A stretch of DNA of 64,000 nt from Spirochaetia bacterium. Lineage in GTDB: Bacteria; Spirochaetota; Spirochaetia; UBA9216. The first letter of the stretch is position 1. Every line of letters begins with the position of its first letter. The stretch spans positions 128,001 through 192,000 of the forward strand of contig OZ223269.1 of NCBI GenBank assembly GCA_965140585.1. Reading direction: 5' to 3'. Shown here piece by piece: positions 59,400-64,000 of the stretch. Under the pieces are notes generated by a model that did no database searches, was not told the origin of the DNA, and saw only the letters and a program-made list of their open reading frames with translations. The position numbers were made by a program, and so were the translations under genes.

Positions 59400-60284
59400 A
59401 TGGATCAGTATTCTCTTAACCTGTTTTTAACACTTGCAGAAACCCTCCATTTCGGAAGGACAAGCCAGATCTGCAATATAAGCCGATCGGCGCTCAGCCG
59501 CCAGATTCAGCGGATTGAAGATGAACTGGGACAGCAGCTTTTTGAACGTGACAACCGTGCTGTAACCATGACGCCTGCAGGACGCCGCTTCGCGGAATAT
59601 GCTGCCGGGGTCACAGGAATGTGGCGGGAGCTGAAAGAAGATCTTCTTGAGGAAAAGACCGTACTTAAAGGAGAGCTTAGTCTCTACTGCTCAGTAACTG
59701 CATGCTACAGCATTCTTCCTGATGTTCTTGCCGTTCTTCGCAGAAGATATCCTGAAATTCATATCCGGGTAAAGACCGGAGAAGCTTCTATGGCTGTTCA
59801 GAACGTGATGGACGGAAGGGCCGATATTGCAATTGCCGCAAAACCTGACAGACTGTCGCAGAATATCGGCTTTACGGAAATACGTAAAACGCCTCTCGTG
59901 TTTATAGTCCCTGCTGAGAACTGGACTTACAGCGGTATGACCTTTGAAGACATTCCCTGGGAAGATGTCCCGATGATTCTGCCCGAAAGAGAACTTGCAA
60001 GAACGAGGGTTGAAAAATGGTTTCGCAGCAGAGGCATAAAACCCAATATTTACGCTCAGGTTTCGGGTAATGAGGCCATCCTGGCTATGGTCAGTCTGGG
60101 ATATGGTGCCGGGGTTGTTCCAGAGCTTGTTGTGGAAAAACGGCCGTTTGAAGTAAATGTAGACACAATAGAAATAAAACCGCCGCTGGAACCCTATTCT
60201 GTAGGAATATGTGTTCTGCAGCGGCGGCTTGGTTCACCCCTTCTCAGGGCGTTCTGGGACTGTTTCAGTCCTTTTTCAGAGTAA
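59400..60284 (+). CDS. ilvY: LysR-family regulator, IlvY-like
   Basis: LHFGRTS...SALSRQIQRIE, GELSLYCSVTACYS, YAQVSGNEAILAMVSLG. Confidence 0.8.
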   Translation: MDQYSLNLFLTLAETLHFGRTSQICNISRSALSRQIQRIEDELGQQLFERDNRAVTMTPAGRRFAEYAAGVTGMWRELKEDLLEEKTVLKGELSLYCSVTACYSILPDVLAVLRRRYPEIHIRVKTGEASMAVQNVMDGRADIAIAAKPDRLSQNIGFTEIRKTPLVFIVPAENWTYSGMTFEDIPWEDVPMILPERELARTRVEKWFRSRGIKPNIYAQVSGNEAILAMVSLGYGAGVVPELVVEKRPFEVNVDTIEIKPPLEPYSVGICVLQRRLGSPLLRAFWDCFSPFSE

Positions 60285-62256
60285 CTCCTGCCAATTCATG
60301 GAACTCTTTTGATGAAATAGTCTCAACGTCAAGAAGCCTTACTGAAATCTTTTCCAGTACATCCTTTTTCTCCTGAAGCAAATTCAGGATTTTCTTATAG
60401 CGACCATTGATAATCTTTGCAATCTCATCATCAACATACTGCTGAGTAGTCTCGGAATATTCCCGCTGATTCATCATTGATTCCTGACCAAGGAAGGTAG
60501 CCCCCCTCTTGGTCAGAACAACGTTTTCAAAGCGGTCGCTCATCCCGTATTCGGTAATAAGGCTGCGGGCAATATCAGTTGCCCTTGTAATATCGTTGGC
60601 TGCGCCTGTAGAGACCTCACCGAAGGTTATCTGTTCGGCTGCTCGTCCGCCCAGAAGAACATCAATCTTTCCAAGAAGCTCTTCCTTAGTCATAAGAAAG
60701 CGATCTTCAGTAGGCGTCTGAAGGGTGTAGCCCAAAGCTCCAATTCCGCGAGGAATGATGGTAATCTTCTGCACCGGGTCGGAACCGGGTGTAAATGCCG
60801 CTGTAAGGGCGTGCCCGGTCTCATGATAGGCTACAATTTTACGCTCATGCGGATTTATCCTCTTGCTCTTCTTCTGCAGCCCGGCAATTGTTTTCTCGAT
60901 AGCCTCTTCAAGGTCTTTCTGACCTACTTTCTTTCTTCCTGCTCTGACTGCAAGAAGTGCGCTTTCATTTATGATATTTGCAAGGTCGGCTCCTACAAAA
61001 CCGGAGGTAGACTTTGCTATCTCGTGAAGGTCGACGTCCTTGTCCATCTTTACATCTTTTGCGTGTATATTGAGGATTGCCTCACGTCCGGTTAAATCAG
61101 GTTTGTCAACTACAACCTGCCGGTCAAAGCGGCCCGGACGCAGAAGGGCTGCATCAAGTACTTCGGGTCTGTTGGTCGCTCCGAGAATTATTACTCCCGA
61201 TTTTGCACTGAATCCGTCCATTTCAACCAGCAGCTGGTTGAGTGTCTGTTCCCGCTCATCGTTTCCGGAGGCGACATTCAGTCGGCTTTTTCCGATTGCA
61301 TCAAGTTCGTCAATAAAAATTATACAGGGAGCTTTCTCCCTTGCCTGCTTGAACAGGTCACGCACGCGTGCAGCACCCACACCTACGAACATTTCAACAA
61401 AGTCGGCTCCGCTTATCCTGAAGAAGGGGACTTCAGCCGCACCGGCAACAGCCCTTGCAAGAAGAGTTTTACCGGTACCCGGAGAACCTACCAGCAGAAC
61501 TCCCTTGGGAATTTTTCCGCCGATATCAGTATACTTCTTCGGATTTTTCAGGAAATCTACGATCTCCTCCAGCTCTTCCTTTGCTTCATCGGCTCCGGCG
61601 ACATCATCAAATGTTGTTCCGGTGTCGCCTTCCGCAATAAGCTTTGCGTTATTCTTCCCGAAACTCATGACTCCCGAGCCGGGATTCCCTATCTTGCTGA
61701 ACATTGCCCGCCAGATAATGATTATAAATACGAATGGGATTATCCAGCTGAAAAGCATGCTGATAATATTGCCGGTCCTTTCAGAGTTTGCGCTGTAGCT
61801 CACTCCCTTGCTGTCCAGCAGTTCTATAAATCCGGGATCATCGACAGGTACGGTCTTGTAAATTCCAGTATTTGCTCCTCCTGTGAGGCTGTTGTACATG
61901 GAATTCGTTGTTGCAGGCGTTGTATCTGTGCTGGTATAGCCTGTGTAGTAATCGGTACCCATTGTCACACGGGTGATTTCATTGGATTCAATTTTGCTTT
62001 TAAATTCGCTGAAGGTTATTACCTCCGAGGTATTGCTTGTGAAAAATGAATTTATGAGCATCATCAGCACTATTGCTGCAACAAAATACCAGATTGAAAA
62101 ATGAAACTGGCCCTTGGTAAATTTAAAAAATGAAGGTTCGTGATGCGGACCGCCTTTCTTGTCGCAGTCGTCGTTCCAGCATCCTTTTTCCTTGTCCTTA
62201 TCTTTTTTTTTATCGGACATATTTATCCTGTCCTCTTTTTCTTCTTCTGAACTCAT
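60265..62256 (-). CDS. ftsH: ATP-dependent zinc metalloprotease FtsH
   Basis: Two TM helices, [27 protein letters not shown]. Confidence 0.97.
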   Translation of the reverse strand: MSSEEEKEDRINMSDKKKDKDKEKGCWNDDCDKKGGPHHEPSFFKFTKGQFHFSIWYFVAAIVLMMLINSFFTSNTSEVITFSEFKSKIESNEITRVTMGTDYYTGYTSTDTTPATTNSMYNSLTGGANTGIYKTVPVDDPGFIELLDSKGVSYSANSERTGNIISMLFSWIIPFVFIIIIWRAMFSKIGNPGSGVMSFGKNNAKLIAEGDTGTTFDDVAGADEAKEELEEIVDFLKNPKKYTDIGGKIPKGVLLVGSPGTGKTLLARAVAGAAEVPFFRISGADFVEMFVGVGAARVRDLFKQAREKAPCIIFIDELDAIGKSRLNVASGNDEREQTLNQLLVEMDGFSAKSGVIILGATNRPEVLDAALLRPGRFDRQVVVDKPDLTGREAILNIHAKDVKMDKDVDLHEIAKSTSGFVGADLANIINESALLAVRAGRKKVGQKDLEEAIEKTIAGLQKKSKRINPHERKIVAYHETGHALTAAFTPGSDPVQKITIIPRGIGALGYTLQTPTEDRFLMTKEELLGKIDVLLGGRAAEQITFGEVSTGAANDITRATDIARSLITEYGMSDRFENVVLTKRGATFLGQESMMNQREYSETTQQYVDDEIAKIINGRYKKILNLLQEKKDVLEKISVRLLDVETISSKEFHELAGVTLKKD

Positions 62257-62317
62257 TTACTGCTCCTATATAGTAAAAATATACATGAACAGTTCCAAAG
62301 TAAAGGAAAGAAGGGGA

Positions 62318-63568
62318 TCAGGATTGAAAAAAATCGGCTGCCTGGCTCATTGTCTGTTGAAAACTGAAGTTTACTGCCTCTTTATCATCCATGGTAAGCG
62401 GAAAAGGGTCTTCATGCCTGTACTCAAACGGGAAATCTGTTTGAATGAAATTTATTCCTATATCGGCGTTTTCTCCGTTGAGAGTCTGTGCAGTAATATC
62501 CGGCGGAAAAACCCTGTCTTTCAGCAGGCAGAGGCCTTTTATCTGTTTTGAAACCTTTTTAAGGGCTTCTTCCCTGAAACTCTGCATTCGATCAAAGAAG
62601 AGAAAGCTCTTGAAACATCTGGTCTCCTGATTATCCAGTGAGAAAATATTCTGCTGCTGTCTGCTGAAATCGAAAACAGAGGAGAAAAGTGTTTTAAGCC
62701 ATCTGAACAGTTCCCGGTATGCTTCTCCGTCAATTATAGTTTTGGATACCGGATTGGCAGTATCAAGTGCAGCTCCTCCGCAGAACATAAACAGTTTTGA
62801 TTCGTCAAAAAAATTTCTGCTGTTTCCGGTAATCAGTACCTCCGAAAGTGATGCGCCTATTGAATATGAGAAAATATCGGGCACCGCGTTTCTGTTAATA
62901 AAGGGGTAGGCTCCCTGTCTGATATCATCAATGAGTTCTATAATGTCATAGTATGTGTTCATCCCTGCAGAGAAGAAGCGGTGAGGGGCAAACTGAATTC
63001 TGTGGCTGAGAGCGGCATTTATGAAGCTTGTTTCATTTTCGAGCGGTACTATCTTCTTTCTTTCGTCGGCGACATGGTGCATCTCCCTCGGTTTTGCCCA
63101 CACTTCGGGTGCTCTGTCCATATGGAAGGCTATCGGGAACATCAGTACCGGATGTCCGGTCTGCTCTGCCAGGCTAAAGGCCCAGGGGAGGTATTTTGTC
63201 CACATTTTTTCATTTAAACCATGAAGCAGAATTATAAATCTGCTTCCGTCGCATTTCTCGGGTTTAAAGACGGGAATCCTGAACCTGCTGTTTTCCTCTA
63301 TGGCTGAATCAGGTTTTTCAAGATTGTTGAATATCAGTTCATTGCTGTAGCGGTTATTGCTGCAATAGTAGCGGAGAAGGGAATTAAATGAACTGTTGTT
63401 CTCTGTGTAATCATTATTTTCAGGGTAAACCCAGGTTGCAGAACTTTTAAAGGGGAGACTGAGAAATTCCATGGGGATATGTCCGTCAAGTTTTATGTGT
63501 GACTTTCCTGAATTTACAGAAAAGTTTTTTGTGAGGCTGATAAAATCATTATTATAATCAGTTTTCAT
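62318..63568 (-). CDS. DUF6051-like alpha/beta-hydrolase-fold protein
   Basis: ILLHGLNE, FPIAFHM, FSYSIG, FCGG, HEDPFP. Confidence 0.7.
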   Translation of the reverse strand: MKTDYNNDFISLTKNFSVNSGKSHIKLDGHIPMEFLSLPFKSSATWVYPENNDYTENNSSFNSLLRYYCSNNRYSNELIFNNLEKPDSAIEENSRFRIPVFKPEKCDGSRFIILLHGLNEKMWTKYLPWAFSLAEQTGHPVLMFPIAFHMDRAPEVWAKPREMHHVADERKKIVPLENETSFINAALSHRIQFAPHRFFSAGMNTYYDIIELIDDIRQGAYPFINRNAVPDIFSYSIGASLSEVLITGNSRNFFDESKLFMFCGGAALDTANPVSKTIIDGEAYRELFRWLKTLFSSVFDFSRQQQNIFSLDNQETRCFKSFLFFDRMQSFREEALKKVSKQIKGLCLLKDRVFPPDITAQTLNGENADIGINFIQTDFPFEYRHEDPFPLTMDDKEAVNFSFQQTMSQAADFFQS

Positions 63569-64000
63569 TGTTTTCCTCTGATTTATTTTTTTTTACGGTA
63601 CTGTTTTTGAGCAGAGTAATCTGTTTTGATTTTTTGCGTAGTAGATCCTCCCAGCGCTTTATTCCTTTTTTAAGTTCATCAGTCTTTATAAAGAGTCTGC
63701 TTATTTCCTCTTCCATCAATAAAAGTCGCTCATTCTTTTCGTTAGAGCTGTACGAATCTGTTCCGTTTTCTATCGCAATAAAATCTCTGAAGTAGTCGGA
63801 TATATCTTTGATTTCATCCAGACTGTAGCCGAAGAGCTGAAGATCCCGGATAAGACTGCACAGGAAAACATAATAATCCCTGTACATTCGAAAACCGCCG
63901 CGGCTTCTTAGATCGGGTGCTATTATCCCCTTTTCCTCCCAGTGCTTCAGGGTCCGGGGACTTATTCCGGTTTTTTCTGATAATGTTCCGACAGTGAGAT
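63558..64000 (-). CDS. MerR-family transcriptional regulator (5' end outside the window)
   Basis: The frame extends upstream of the track ORF: LTVGTLSEKTGISPRTLKHWEEKGIIAPDLRSRGGFRMY...LQLFGYSLDEI. Confidence 0.85.
   Translation of the reverse strand, partial: LTVGTLSEKTGISPRTLKHWEEKGIIAPDLRSRGGFRMYRDYYVFLCSLIRDLQLFGYSLDEIKDISDYFRDFIAIENGTDSYSSNEKNERLLLMEEEISRLFIKTDELKKGIKRWEDLLRKKSKQITLLKNSTVKKNKSEENNEN

Noticed and set aside
61040-61798. 252-aa plus-strand ORF and similar long antisense ORFs (2984-3508, 6918-7556, 29767-30339, 41888-42370)
   Set aside because: They mirror well-supported genes on the opposite strand and have no motifs.
1-64000. tRNA, rRNA, integrase, transposase or prophage genes
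   Set aside because: None recognised in the ORFs or intergenic regions.

Overview
A gene-dense bacterial chromosomal window, most likely from an anaerobic free-living spirochaete. The lineage is inferred from the spirochaete-like MurD N-terminus, bS22, a eukaryote-type hexokinase and several lipoproteins. Housekeeping genes include murD (partial), pyk, leuB, proS, serS, pncB, aroC, aroK, fumC and ftsH. Accessory modules are: a complete sigma54-dependent AtoSC/atoEBDA acetoacetate locus; two divergent chemoreceptor pseudogenes; hcp with an HcpR-type regulator; an HDAC / ADP-ribosylhydrolase / DUF1152 / dual-GGDEF / NrtR cluster; and a Cys-rich MarR-hgcA-hgcB mercury-methylation operon facing arsC. 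The nrdR-nrdD-nrdG operon has a naturally split class III ribonucleotide reductase: its glycyl-radical loop sits on a separate small protein fused to a CxxC redoxin domain. No rRNA, tRNA, CRISPR array or transposase was recognised. All family assignments come from motif recognition by eye, not database searches.
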